Positions 1 to 14,003 of a stretch of 64,000 bases of DNA are shown one piece after another. The stretch spans positions 64,914,001 through 64,978,000 of the forward strand of contig OX597828.1 of the NCBI GenBank assembly GCA_951406725.2. The letters run 5' to 3'. Below the pieces are notes generated by a model. It searched no databases. It saw only the letters and a program-made list of their open reading frames with translations, and was not told the origin of the DNA. The DNA is from Octopus vulgaris (Eukaryota). How positions within the stretch are numbered: position 1 is the first letter of the stretch; each line of letters opens with the position of its first letter. The translations under genes were made by a program, and so were the position numbers.

Positions 1-71
1 TACATACATACATACATACATACATACATACATACATACATGCATACATACATGCATGCATACATACATAC

Positions 72-126
<55 letters not shown>

Positions 127-130
127 TAAT

Positions 131-420
131 AGAGGCGCAATGGCCTAGTAGTTAGGGCAGCGGACTCGCGGTTGTAGGATCGCGGTTTCGATTCCCAGAC
201 CGGGCGTTGTGAGTGTTTATTGAGCGAAAACACCTAAATGCTCCAGGGTGGCGATCCCTGCTGTACTCTATCACCACAACTTTCTCTCACTCTTTTTCTG
301 TTAGCCTGCTCGCTTAGCTAGCGGGGTGGCGTTATTTGAAGGCATCGTCTAAGACGATGCGAAGTGCATTGTGACCAGCGATGTGTAGCAACATGTGATA
401 GTCTGGTCGGTCACGCTGAT
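131..420 (+). mobile_element. tRNA-derived SINE (head type B, tail ending ...GGTCGGTCACG)
   Basis: A-box-like TGGCCTAGTAGTTAGG and B-box-like GGTTTCGATTCCC; homologous copies at 17032-17324 (-) and 46843-47152 (+). Confidence 0.9.
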
Positions 421-435
421 ATATATATATATATG

Positions 436-579
436 ACGGGCTTCTTTCAGTTTCCGTCTACCAAATCCACTAATAAAGCTTTGGTCGGCCCGAGGCTATA
501 GTAGAAGACAATTGCAAAGGACTGAACTCGGGAACATGCGGTTGAGAAGCAAACTTCTAACAACATAGCCGCACCTGCG
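436..579 (-). mobile_element. 5' part of a second tRNA-derived SINE family (type K)
   Basis: GACGGGCTTCTTTCAGTTTCCGTCTACCAAATCCAC...GTAGAAGACA recurs at about 6461, 11044 and 24860; the tRNA-like head reads on the minus strand. Confidence 0.85.
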
Positions 580-935
580 TATCATCTTAATATACTACTG
601 CTCCTGTTCTATATAACGGATTTTATTCACCGGCGGCTAATTGCACACCAGTGGTGCTTTAACCACAGTATTCTTCCATTAGTAGCGATGGATTTTTCCT
701 TAGCGCGCACTTGTCTGTGGATACATGCTATTGACAGAGGTGTGAAGGCAGCAAAGCGCATCCAGCATCCTCACCATCTCAGTGAAAGATATACGTCACC
801 TAGTGATGTGTTTGTCAATTTAAACACAGTAAATCCCTAAGAGGTATTACCTCTGGAAGAGCACGTCAGTTGATTTACCTTCCATGAAGTTTTTTCGTAT
901 TAAATATGAAACACATAAGGGTATTATTAATATAG

Positions 936-952
936 TGCTACTTCCTGTGCAC

Positions 953-990
<38 letters not shown>

Positions 991-1007
991 GTGCACAGGA
1001 AGTAGCA
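936..1007. repeat. 21-bp perfect inverted repeat around a (TA)n spacer
   Basis: TGCTACTTCCTGTGCACATAA (936-956) versus TTATGTGCACAGGAAGTAGCA (987-1007). Confidence 0.95.
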
Positions 1008-1185
1008 TATATATATGCAAAATTTAGAGGACTAACCACTAAAAGTGGACAGTTTATATGCTAGATATAGTCGTCAAAACCGCTATTTTCCACGAAGAAT
1101 GTGTTCTCAAGAAAAAAACTCAACAAAAAACCAAAGTGTAAAAATAAGCAAGACAAATGAAAATATACGAAATAAAAAACAATTA

Positions 1186-1262
1186 ACTATGTACTAATTA
1201 GTTTCACTTGTTAATATTCACGTATATGTACACGCGAACATCTGCAAAATCATCAGCATAGT
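1186..1262 (-). ncRNA. Type I hammerhead ribozyme (inverted copy of 2066-2142)
   Basis: Reverse complement of the motif at 2066-2142. Confidence 0.75.
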
Positions 1263-1495
1263 CTGTCGTTTACAAAATACAATTTCCAGAACTTAGATAC
1301 AGAACGCTCAACCAAAATCCATTATGTATATAGTTCTACAAATTATATTTATGTGAATCTTTCAACTCAATACATGTCCTGTACTTATTTTGTATGTTCT
1401 AGCATTTTGTCCTGTACTCGTTTCTTGTGTATTTCTCGTATTTTTCACTCGTTAGTGATGTCCTGTACTTAATATGTATTATTTATTTATATGTT

Positions 1496-1635
<140 letters not shown>

Positions 1636-1640
1636 CATAC

Positions 1641-1672
<32 letters not shown>

Positions 1673-1687
1673 TTAAACATATAAATA

Positions 1688-1740
<53 letters not shown>

Positions 1741-1796
1741 TATATACATACATATATATATATATATAATATATATATGCATATATATATATATAT

Positions 1797-1832
<36 letters not shown>

Positions 1833-2065
1833 AACATATAAATAAATAATACATATTAAGTACAGGACATCACTAACGAGTGAAAAATACGAGAAATACA
1901 CAAGAAACGAGTACAGGACAAAATGCTAGAACATACAAAATAAGTACAGGACATGTATTGAGTTGAAAGATTCACATAAATATAATTTGTAGAACTATAT
2001 ACATAATGGATTTTGGTTGAGCGTTCTGTATCTAAGTTCTGGAAATTGTATTTTGTAAACGACAG

Positions 2066-2142
2066 ACTATGCTGATGATTTTGCAGATGTTCGCGTGTAC
2101 ATATACGTGAATATTAACAAGTGAAACTAATTAGTACATAGT
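2066..2142 (+). ncRNA. Type I hammerhead ribozyme with palindromic stem III
   Basis: ACTATG-CTGATGA-[long G.U-rich stem II]-GAAAC-TAATTA-GTA-CATAGT. Stem I ACTATG/CATAGT is 6 bp perfect; stem III ACTAATTAGT is a palindrome; predicted cleavage after GUA (2136). Confidence 0.8.
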
Positions 2143-2429
2143 TAATTGTTTTTTATTTCGTATATTTTCATTTGTCTTGCTTATTTTTACACTTTGGTTT
2201 TTTTGTTGAGTTTTTTTCTTGAGAACACATTCTTCGTGGAAAATAGCGGTTTTGACGACTATATCTAGCATATAAACTGTCCACTTTTAGTGGTTAGTCC
2301 TCTAAATTTTGCATATATATATATATATATACATATACACACAGACATATACATGTATATATATATATGTCTGTATATGTCCATATATATATACACCGAC
2401 ACCCACATACACAAACACACACACATACA

Positions 2430-2507
<78 letters not shown>

Positions 2508-3685
2508 GCCAGAACACACAAAGGAGTAAATATGTAGCGATGCAAATACATATAGACCTCAGTATGGATATAACTGTATATAACAGACATACATCTGTAT
2601 ATATCGCATATAAGTATCGAGATATTCTAATTAAAGCATCTATTTTAGTGGTATTAATTTAAAACCAAGATTTCATTAACTTGTTTCCTCTCCCTTGGAA
2701 AAGTTAGTATTAGCAAATCTACTAATGTAAAATAGTTTATATCGTATAATAAACCGAATAAGGAATCTGTGTCTAGTTACAATTCTTACTATTATAGACA
2801 CAGCTTGGAATTTTGGGTAAGGTTACATTCATGTTATATCCCTAACGCTGGACGTGTATAGTCGACCTCGATAGAATTTGAGCTCAGAATATAAGGAACC
2901 CGGTGAAATATTCCTAATCATTTTTTTCCAAGGCGGTAATGATTCTACAGCAATATTTATAAAAGAACACGCGGAAAATGGTATTTCTATTACGATTTCC
3001 AATCATTTATTATTGAGCATTTCAAACAGGTAAAAATCATTTGGGTATAATTGGTTGAAGTAACCTAATTGGTAGAATTTATATTATATAGACTCTTCCA
3101 CAAAATTTAAATAATGCTATGCGCACTTTGACACGTTTATAAGGATAAACATAAAACTTCGACCATACAAGTAATCGCACTGTGTGTGCATTCAGGACTA
3201 ACTTATCATGAATCATACTATTTAACAAGATGACAGTAAAAATTAGATTCTTTGCACAGGAGAAGGACTAGATATATGCAGTTCATTAAATCAATTTAAG
3301 CATTATTTTATACAAAATACTGGTAACAAAATATAATACTAATACAAAGCAGATATTAAAATAGTGGCAATAATATAATTAAATCCGACAGTATGAGAAA
3401 AATTACACATATATTTACCATACATTATAGTCTAAGTCGATCGATAGATTTATTTCTGTCTATCGTTCATTTAAGACTCAGCTTCGTTTTATGGTATGTT
3501 TTTACATTTTGAATTTTGTTTTATTATCAAAATGCTTTTTAATTATGATTTTCTTCCTTTATAACCATTCCTTCCTTTTATTATCTCATCTTAATTAAAC
3601 ATACTTTTATTTAATTATAATTAGTGTCTCTTGGTACTTATATATATATATAAATATATATATATATATGTGTAGCTGCTATAGG

Positions 3686-3776
<91 letters not shown>

Positions 3777-4031
3777 TTTGATGTCTATATGCATGTACAT
3801 TTATAAAAATGTGTTTCCGTCTGTATATGTGTATGATGTGTTATTGTATAAAAATATATGCTTATGTGTGCATATTGTGCATTCATATTGTATGTATATA
3901 CATATATGTATGCATGCGAGCAAATATGTGTATACATAAACATATATCAATTACCTCTTCGACACACGAACGCGCACACACTCAAATATATATAGACAGA
4001 CGCATACATACGTGTGTATATATGTCTGTGC

Positions 4032-4083
<52 letters not shown>

Positions 4084-4408
4084 TGTATATATGTGTGAGT
4101 GTCTGTCTGTTTATATGCATGAATATATATATAAGCAAAGACATATATATATATGTGTGTATGTATGTATAAACCGGCATACAGATTTCATACTTTTATA
4201 ACGTAACGCATAGTGCTACGTACATCTGGTAAAAATACACTAAACAATCAGAAAATAAAATGAGTAAACTTTGAATTTTGAGACTATCGAATTTTGTGAA
4301 ACAGCAAAAGTGAAATATCAAAACTATGATTGTTTTACCAGCATACGTTCTTCAGACATTATTTCACAAGTATTATGGTTTAGTAAGACCAATTATATAT
4401 TGTTAAAA

Positions 4409-4515
<107 letters not shown>

Positions 4516-5340
4516 ATTTTGAGGAGATGAAAAGGAAATCAGACAAGAAATAGATTGCAATTGTTCATGGTTAAATAGATGTATATTGCTAAATAATAAG
4601 GTTTCTACAAACAACCTACGTTTTAAGATACTTATTTTAAATAAATTTGCGGCGTTTAGTAAAAAGACGTTACTGACTTGTAAGTACAGCTATGTGTATT
4701 TACGCTCTATCAGGCACTAAAACTTACTAGAGGCTTTCGTTAATATCAAAGGTTGTCCAACATAAAAAGTTTTGAATAGCTGTGGTTTTATTGTAGCTTA
4801 TGTTTTGGTGTTGTCTTCAAAAAGTAAATAATTGTATGGTGGTATCGATGCGAAGATTATCGGAAATCCAGTAAAAATAAAATTCAATCCTGTTTGAACT
4901 TGAATTAAGCATCTTAAGCACATAAAACAATCCATATTTTATTGACAAAATTCATAATTCATTATCACAATTCATAGTGATAGCTCATTAATATGTGATT
5001 CAAGTTAATTAGATGATGTTAGAATATAATACAATATTTAACTATGGTATTAGCAAGTTTATTAAACTTTGCAAAAAGTTACATGTCATTCGATAGGCAA
5101 ACTGAAGTTCAAGCAAAACATGATTTATCTGCAATGGACATACTTTAATAGGTTTCGAATAGGTTTCAAATAATAAGACGTGAATTTTCTTCAGCAGAAT
5201 GTTGAGAATGTTATGGGTTTAAACCTTGTGGGTCTTTCGTTTTAACAATCTTAGCAATTTCAGATCTAACGTATCTTTCTAAGAGTTTAAAATAACTTTA
5301 AAATTTCCGTCAACTTGTTTAACCGAGAAGCTTTATCATG

Positions 5341-5398
<58 letters not shown>

Positions 5399-5403
<5 letters not shown>

Positions 5404-5564
5404 TAAGGAAAAATTTTTTTAAAAATGCAGAATGCTCAAATGAAATAAAATTTTTCTCATTTTATTAAAATTTTATTTCATTTGAGCATTCTGCATTTTT
5501 AAAAAAATTTTTCCTTACTTATCATTTCTCCACGTGCGGTCAACACAACCCCACCATTTATTGA

Positions 5565-5566
<2 letters not shown>
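5399..5566. mobile_element. Asymmetric fold-back element in TA tract (about 55-bp arms plus about 45-nt unpaired tail)
   Basis: ATAAGTAAGGAAAAATTT...AAATGAAATAAAATTTT versus AAAATTTTATTTCATTT...TTTTCCTTACTTAT, then a unique tail; TA on both sides. Confidence 0.7.
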
Positions 5567-5659
<93 letters not shown>

Positions 5660-5661
5660 GT

Positions 5662-5758
<97 letters not shown>

Positions 5759-5764
5759 ATAATA

Positions 5765-6146
5765 ATATTAGGGAATAAATCCAAACTTACAGGGAAAAAT
5801 TAAATTTAGGATTAAATCCAATTTTATAGTATAAATATATTATATTATATTATATTAAATTAGTGATAAAACCACTATTAGGCAAATCAAACAGTGAAAA
5901 ACATAAGCCAATACATAAAATTAATTTAAAAATATAAAAGTTAAAAATAAAAAATTATTTAAATAATTTAAACTTATATATTTGTATATATATATATATA
6001 TTTGTATATATATATATAAAATTTATAAGTTTAAATTATTTAAATAATTTTTTATTTTTAACTTTTATATTTTTAAATTAATTTTATGTATTGGCTTATG
6101 TTTTTCACTGTTTGATTTGCCTAATAGTGGTTTTATCTCTAATTTA

Positions 6147-6153
<7 letters not shown>
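5765..6153 (-). mobile_element. Asymmetric fold-back element, same family as 14004-14438, centre replaced by TA
   Basis: Arms at about 5850-5975 and 6025-6153 (GATAAAACCACTATTAGGCAAATCAAACA); the extra tail at 5765-5850 matches the reverse complement of about 14365-14438. Confidence 0.8.
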
Positions 6154-6186
<33 letters not shown>

Positions 6187-6187
<1 letters not shown>

Positions 6188-6384
6188 TTTTTTACTTGTT
6201 TCAGTCATCTGACTGCGGGCATGCTGGAGCACCGCATTTAGTCGAGCAAATCGACCACAGAACTTATTCTTTGGAAGCCTAGTACTCATTCTATCGGTCT
6301 CTTTTTCCGAGCCGCCAAGTTACGGGGACGTAAACACACCAGCATCGGTTGTGAAGTGATGTTGAGGGGAAAAACACAGACACA

Positions 6385-6458
<74 letters not shown>

Positions 6459-6611
6459 AAACGGGCTTCTTTCAGTTTCCATCTACCAAATCCACTTACA
6501 AGTGTGTGATCGACCCGAGGCTCTAGTAGAAGACACTTGCTCAAGATGCCACGCAGTAGGAATGAACCCGGAACCTTGTGGTTGGTAAGCAAGCTACTTA
6601 CCACACAGCCA
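6187..6611 (-). mobile_element. Near full-length type K SINE with internal CA/TA microsatellite and LINE-like 3' tail
   Basis: Homologous to 24586-25004; the tail GCGGTGCTCCAGCATG(G/C)CCGCA matches the 3' ends of the LINEs at about 13757 and 42278. Confidence 0.9.
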
Positions 6612-8333
6612 TATATATATATATATGTGTGTGTGCGTGTATAACACGCTCTGCTCTGCGCAATTTCCATTTATTAAATTTTACTCTAAGGTCATTCTTT
6701 AATTCTAGACCCTATGCTGCAAATTTTGGTTGAGTCACCACCGAAATTTCCGTGAAGGAGAGTTAACATTTCTAAACACTTTCGCTAGGCCAGTGTCGGT
6801 TCTCCACAGTATTTTCAGTAGCAGAGTTAAGTAAATGTTCCCGAAGATAAGGATGCTTTGTATTACTTTATCACTACTGCAGTAATACTGTTCACTTGGT
6901 TGAATCCATCTAAGTATAATCTTTTTCTTCGTTGCATTCGCTCCCGAACAGATACACAAGTACCCATAGTTGCACATATGCACACACACACGCACACATA
7001 TACATACACACACATGTATATTTATACACACATATATATATAGAGAGAAAGAAAGACAGACAGACAGACAGCCTGACAACGTGTTTGTGTGTATATGTAT
7101 ATATATATCTATCTATCTATGGATAGTTAAATAGATAGATATACATACACGCACAAACACAAACATACATACATACATACATAGACAGACATATATATAT
7201 ACAGCATACACACACACACACATATATATATATACATATATATACAACATACACACACACACACATATATATATATATGTATATATATACACATACATAT
7301 ATGTATATATATATATACACCTATATATACGTGAGGGTGTGTGGGTTTATATTCACGCCCGTGTATTCATACACATGAACACCTCTGCCTCAAGTATACT
7401 TCCACATATTTTTCGCCTGGCAGATTGTACAAATCTCATTAAATCCTCGTTGAAGCTTACCAAATTAAATAAATCCACTGAGACGTTTTCTTTTTCCTTT
7501 TTATGCCAGTAACAAAATGATTTTTTCTCTACTATCAGCTTAGCTTTTCAAGCCATAGTTTACGTTACTTACGCATTTGTAATGATTATATTCACGTTAA
7601 TAGATATCCAGTTTGAATAGTTGGCTACTCATCCACGCTGTACACGAATAGCTCTGTATTTTTGTTGCTTTTCAACGCAGTGGTGATTAAATTCATAAAT
7701 ACATGTGGTTAGATAAAAAATATTTGCATACAGATATTTATTAATCTGTTTTTAGTGATACAAAATAGTCTTTTCGAAAATATCTCCTGGCATATAACCA
7801 GATTTTTCCATTCATACATTCTCTATGAAAACGGTTGTTTACCACCTACGTTAATAGTTATAGTAAACAAAGAAAAACAGAACACCTTCCGTAGAAACCC
7901 ACCCTCATCTTAAATTCATACCAAATCATCACCTACATAATCGATTTCTGAATTCTTCGCTAATCTCATGATTCCTGTCATCGGATGGAATCACTGGTCA
8001 GAGTGAGGTATTGAACTCTGAAATTAAGCAAGCAATTTTTAGTAATTTAACATAAAGAATTTATTATTCCTTAAAGTGAGTACCACATTGTACATTCTAA
8101 CTGCTCTTGTATTTTTTTACATTAAACGATTTTAACAAGTGATCATCATACTATTAGAGATATATTAGCATCTAGTAATAAAGTGGAGCATTAAGAGAAT
8201 ATAAATATGAGGTCGAAGTACATAACGAGTAATATGTACGTATCTAAATGAGGATTACCGATAGGACAGAAGAGAAGATATAAAATATTCTACATAAGGG
8301 AAAATGAAAAGAGGGAAGCCATAAAACTGGGAA

Positions 8334-8367
8334 ATCGTTGTTTAACATTATAATGTTAAACAACGAT
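8334..8367. repeat. Perfect 34-bp palindrome centred on TATA
   Basis: ATCGTTGTTTAACATTA|TAATGTTAAACAACGAT. Confidence 0.95.
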
Positions 8368-9855
8368 ATAATGTATGTAGAAAACTAATATAAAAAGATT
8401 TATAGGTACAGTAAGTAAAAGGTTTCGAATCAGAAATCTGATATGAAGCAAAATAAGAAACTGGCGGTAAGGAAGTGTGAACGCCGTCTTATTTTTAAGA
8501 ATTATCAGGTGGTATAGTCCTCCTTAAACTTAGCTGTAGTGTTTCCTTGAGGCGTAAAAGCCTTTTCCTACATTTTCCTAATATGTATTTTGAAGAAACA
8601 TATCATAAATACCATAAAATTATCGAGACTTACAATGCATAATTTTGCAGAAACGTTTATCTCTTCCAATGTTGATAACATAAACAGAATGATAATTTGT
8701 AATTGTATTAACCTCTAATAACTGCACTTTCGATCATAAATACTGATATACACAGTCTAATAATAAACCAGGCCCACACCTCACACCTCCTGAAACCTGA
8801 ACAGAGAAATGGAAACTCTTGGAATTTTTCTTGGAGAGAGAAGAATAATACTGCACATCAAACATATAGTAAGAAAATAATATTTAGAGCTCAGCCCTAT
8901 TTAATGAATGAAACAGTATTTTATGCCCAAGGGAAACTTGGCTATTCTATTTGCCAAAGTTAATTTACTAAATAAACATAATGAAAGGATTTCTCTTTTA
9001 AACACGAGATCTTTCCAATTAAAACCCAGAATTTTCACCAAAATGGCACTTCAATAATTAACTCACTTTTGAATTAGGGCTTCTAATAAAAACAGTTACA
9101 CAAAACTTATGTCTATTCCCTGCCCTATTTTTATCATATTGTGAGTTGCATTAATCATTACCATATTAGGTTGTTTTGCGTTTATTTAGCAAATGTACAT
9201 TACTTTCTTTATCATTATTTTTTATCCTATTTAACACCCTTCTTGTATCCTGGTATTACCAAGTTTTATTTTTCACACCGTGATTATATTTTATCACCTT
9301 GATTCCACTATTCATTGTGATCAGTGAACTTCAACAATTTCCCTCACACTCCATACATTAAACTCTCTAAATTCTATCTTTTCTTACTTTTTAATGATCT
9401 ATTGCGTATTTTCTACTTCTTTAACAATTCATTTCTTGCAGGTTTAAACATTAATATACACCAAGTACGTAATTTTACTGACGTTCACTAAAGTTAAAAC
9501 TTTTTCTCTACTCCGACGATTTTTCCATCTCCATTACTCATTAGATTTCTGAAAATTATCTACTAAACATCTTACTAACATATCGATGCTGCTAGCTTCG
9601 TTGTCCCGTATTTTCTCGATTCCAACAGCGTATATCATTTTTTGGAAAGGCTATCATGCATTTAGACATGGTGAAGTTATCACACAGCTCACTCCATAGG
9701 AAGAGTACTATCCTCTCTGCATCACCACCGACTAGAGAGTTGCAAAGGCAGTCCAACTGTTCACATACATATGTGCTTCATCTCGACATAATGCTAAGAT
9801 TAATGGAAAAAGCATGGCAACATACTAGCAAAAGCAACTAACGTATTCGGTCTGG

Positions 9856-10185
9856 TTCAGGCCTTTTGACCTTGTGGCTACGAACGTTTAAACGCTAAGT
9901 TTGTGGATTTGTATGACCGTGTGTACATATGTGGGCATCTACGTACCCGTGTATGTGTGTGTGTGAGCGTGTCTAAGTGAGCGCGCGTGTGAGCGAACGA
10001 GCGCATAAGTGTGTACCTGTATGTGTGTGTATGTGTGTGTGTGCGTGTGCTTGTGTGTGTGTGTCTGTATACGTGAGTGTGTGTGCGTGTGCTGGTCGGC
10101 GCGTGTTTGGCTATGGAGGCATGACTCAACGTGTTGTTCGTGCGTGTGTTTAAACGTTTGCAGACACAACGTCAAAAGACCTGAA
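9856..10185. mobile_element. MITE-like element with about 40-bp imperfect TIRs and (GT)n-rich interior
   Basis: TTCAGGCCTTTTGACCTTGTGGCTACGAACGTTTAAAC versus GTTTAAACGTTTGCAGACACAACGTCAAAAGACCTGAA; TCTGG flanks both ends. Confidence 0.65.
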
Positions 10186-10439
10186 TCTGGCCATGGCGTC
10201 ATGCTTGACTGCCGTAACCACTAAAAACCAAAGGCTTACACACATTGGGTCACTCAATCTAATTCCCCCTCAATATACACTAATTTCTTCATATTTTCTT
10301 ATTTTTATTTTTATTTTTTACTTTTCGCAATGACACCATGACCACAAGTATTAACACAACCACCCGTTTTTTGTAAAGTGAATTATGTTATGATATATAT
10401 ATATATATATAATAAATAAAATAAAATATATGCATATAT

Positions 10440-11010
10440 ATAAACATATATGTACGTACCTACCTCTACATGTACATATACACGCATATGTGAGCACAGG
10501 ACACCAAAAAGACATCGAACACAATGAGAAACGAAAACATAGACACAAACCAAAGGAACTGGACATTTTTTTAAACAACAAAAAAATAGAGTACAGGACA
10601 ATTAACACAAAGAAAAAAACCCTTCTTCAGTCGCTATGGTTTCATCTACTCTACGTTTCGAAGGTGAAAGCGAGACGTATCTTCGACAAGAAACTTTCCT
10701 TCCTGCGAAAATCAATTAAAATTCTTCCTGCGAAAATCAATTAAAATTCTGAGATCTTTTCGCAGAGGGGTAAAAAAATGGTAACAAAAACAGGACAGTA
10801 ACGACAGTGCAAATTATAAACAGTAAAAGACAGGACACGGAAAAACAAGATAAGAAGGGCTGTTAACGCCGAACGAAAAAAAGTATTGCGAACGCGGATT
10901 TTTTTATGAACGACGAGCGGAGCAAAAAGAATTGTCGTCCATACCTTGAGAGGGCCAGGCCAGAAAGACAGCAGCGGAAGTCTCGTCGCGGGTCAACGAC
11001 GGGAGGGGGG
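10440..11010. repeat. Interspersed TA-flanked repeat; partial inverted homolog at about 44821-44945
   Basis: CAGGACA-AAAAA-GACATCGAACACAATGAGAAACGAAAAC is homologous to the reverse complement of about 44850-44900. Confidence 0.6.
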
Positions 11011-11043
11011 AGGAATATATATATACATATATATATATATACA

Positions 11044-11187
11044 ACGGGCTTCTTTCAGTTTTCATCTGCCAAATTCAAAGCTTTAGTCGGACCGAGGCTA
11101 TAGTAGAAGACGCTTGCCCAGCGTGCCACGCAGTGGGACTGAACCCGGAACGATGTAGTTGGTAAGCAAGCTACTAACCCCTGCACC

Positions 11188-11188
<1 letters not shown>
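11044..11188 (-). mobile_element. Type K SINE 5' part
   Basis: Homology to 6461-6611. Confidence 0.85.
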
Positions 11189-11213
<25 letters not shown>

Positions 11214-11219
<6 letters not shown>

Positions 11220-11432
11220 GTGACAATTATTCGGTTGCCATAATAAAACTCCGAGTTATCAAGACAATCTGTCTTCATAACTGACGAGATACCGGAGCAG
11301 ATTTCCACCCCGACATCCGAAACTCGGCGTTTTATTATGGCAACTGAATAATTGTCACATATTACAGATAAATTCCTCGATTTACATAATATCGAGGTCT
11401 CATTCATTCTTTGTTGTCATACCATTCCTATT
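11214..11432 (+). mobile_element. Asymmetric fold-back element in TA tract with hammerhead in the loop and about 68-nt tail
   Basis: Arms 11214-11257 and 11321-11364; the tail contains hairpin CCTCGAT...ATCGAGG; TA on both flanks. Confidence 0.8.
11277..11335 (+). ncRNA. Type I hammerhead ribozyme (stem II partly decayed)
   Basis: ATAA-CTGACGA-G...C-GAAAC-TCGGC-GTT-TTAT; the inverted arm preserves the better-paired ACTCGGAGT version of stem III. Confidence 0.7.
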
Positions 11433-12041
11433 AATATATATACATATATATATATATAAAGAATACCTACCATTAAATATAAAATTTCTTTCCACTTCTG
11501 GATTAATTACAAGCAATCGTCTCCTCTTTGGATATCAAATTTACGATGTTTGTTTTGGTCAAGCGTGTGATAGTCGAAAGGGTGTCTAAGACTGTTCTGG
11601 CATCCCTGGCTTGTAAGTCAATTGTCAGAGTATTTAAAAGGTTTATGCTACGCCACTTGTAATTTGATGCCACGAATGAATGGAGTTCAAAAACCGTGCA
11701 AATATATTTTCTTATTCAACATGCCTGGAATCATTTAATGGGTTAAATAATAAACTTTTGTCAGTGCTTGTTGGAAATTGTGCATGTAGAATGTTTAAAA
11801 TGTATTGCCTTTTCACTGGAAATCTCAATAGGAAAACACATTGAAATAAAAATCCTCAAATATATAAGAAAATAAAGGATTCTGTATTATATGGAGAAAT
11901 TATTGCTCTTGCTTTGGCGAGCAAGGAAGCTAAATGAGTACTATATTATATATATGATACACACACACATACATATATATATATACACACACATTTAATG
12001 CATTTTTCATTTATATATATATATGTGTGTATGTGTGTTTG

Positions 12042-12083
<42 letters not shown>

Positions 12084-12155
12084 CCATATACATATATATA
12101 TATCTACACATATATATACATATATACATAGATAATAATGTATATATATATATAT

Positions 12156-12207
<52 letters not shown>

Positions 12208-12699
12208 GTGCGTGTGTATGTATGTATGTATGTATGTATGTATCTATCTATTTATGCAGGTGTGTATGCGTGAGTGTCTATGTGTGTGTATGTGTGTAAT
12301 GAAGTAAATAAGAAACATTGAATTAAGAATATTAAGAAAAGGCGATAAATATTCTATTGGTTTCACGCAAGAGAATAAAATAATGACAAAGGCGAAGGCA
12401 AGATGAGGTCCTTAAGCTTTGCTTCTTCTTTCCAGTACTTTTATCTCTGTTTACATTTTCGTTTACTTCTCTTCTTTTTTTACTGGTTATCATTCTGATA
12501 AATTACTTTAATCTTAAACGTTCAAAACGCTTCAATTCACTTTAACTATAAAAAAAAAACCAATACGATCTATGGGATATCTTTTCATTGGACTTGCATT
12601 AAATATTGATACGTTCTATAGGTCGAGGTGGGGATTCACTCAATTAACTTCCTGGAATGCTAAATTCTCTTGGATTACTGCTTCGGCTTACACTGGATA

Positions 12700-13795
12700 C
12701 ACAGCGATTGCAAGTTGTTATAACTCAAAGGAAACACATATAGTAAGAGGTGTTCCACAGGGCACCGTGTTAGGACCACTGCTATTTATACTGGTCCTCT
12801 CAGACATGCACTCAGCTGCTCGGGTAGCCAAGGTCGCTAGCTATACAAATGACACAGAAGTATTTTAAACAATACAAAATCCTGGTAATATTGCGCATCT
12901 GCATCAGGAGATGGACGTAATATACAGGTGAGCTGGGGACAACAACATGCAGTTTAATGCAGGAAAGTTCCAAGCCCTGTGCTACGAGCACACAAAACTG
13001 AACGACAGGGTACACCAGCCCAAGAAGAATTGCAATCCCGAATCAAAATCAGTACGTGACCTGGGTATTGATGCATTTTCCGGGTGCATATTAATAATTT
13101 GTTAATAAAATGTAGTCGGGTAACTCGTTGGATCATCCAAACTTTCAAAACGAGAGAAAAGGAGACTATGATGGTCCTTTGGAAGGCGTACATCCTCAGC
13201 CATTTGGACTACTGCTCCCTATTATGGTCCCCGCACAATATAAAATTAACGGCAGAACTTGAAACAATCCAATGAATTAACACAAAACAAATCGTCTCAA
13301 TGTAACATATCAGCTACTGGAAAAGACTGAAAGAGTTAAACCACTTCTCTCTGGAGCGAAGGCGGGAAAGGTATGCAGGGATATACATCTGGAGAATCCT
13401 AGAAGGTCTTACACCAAACCTTGGCATTGAATGTTACACAAACAGCAGAACGGGGCGCCACTGCATAGTGCCAAAGATGCCAGCATCAACATAAAAGTAA
13501 AGGAACAGCTACAGCAATAGCTTGGATTTTTAGGGCCCACAGTTCTTCAATATCTTTCCAAAATGCCCGAATGACATGCATGGTGTGGATGTAGGTGTCT
13601 TCAAAACAAAACTGGATCTTCGCTTGTTAAAGGTTCCAGATGAGCCTACTTCACAGCAGAAAAATACAGATGAGGGCAGCAGCATCAAACCCCCTCATTA
13701 ACTAAATGCCACATATCAGAGGAGGTTTCAACTAATAGTGTAGCACACCCAACGATGGTGCCCCAGCATGACTGCAGCTTTAAAGCTGAAAGAAT
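12700..13795 (+). mobile_element. 5'-truncated, decayed CR1-group LINE (RT C-terminal half plus 3' end)
   Basis: GVPQGTVLGPLLF, SYTNDT (degenerate YADD), NNMQFNAGKFQ, VRDLGI, LDYCSLLWSPH and SLERRRERY; stops and frameshifts present. Confidence 0.9.
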
Positions 13796-13800
13796 TAAAG

Positions 13801-13858
<58 letters not shown>

Positions 13859-13885
13859 TTGAGTGTCTGCACGTGTTTATGTATT

Positions 13886-13928
<43 letters not shown>

Positions 13929-14003
13929 TTATATATATATATTTATGCATGTATGTTTATGTGTGTGTATATATATATACACACACACATATATATATAT
14001 ATA

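Noticed and set aside
131-205. tRNA genes at SINE heads
   Set aside because: A and B boxes are present, but each continues into a repeated SINE body and no clean cloverleaf is evident.
10620-10690. Minus-strand GAAACGTA...CTGAAGA as a permuted hammerhead
   Set aside because: No convincing stem I, and the stem II register conflicts with the core.
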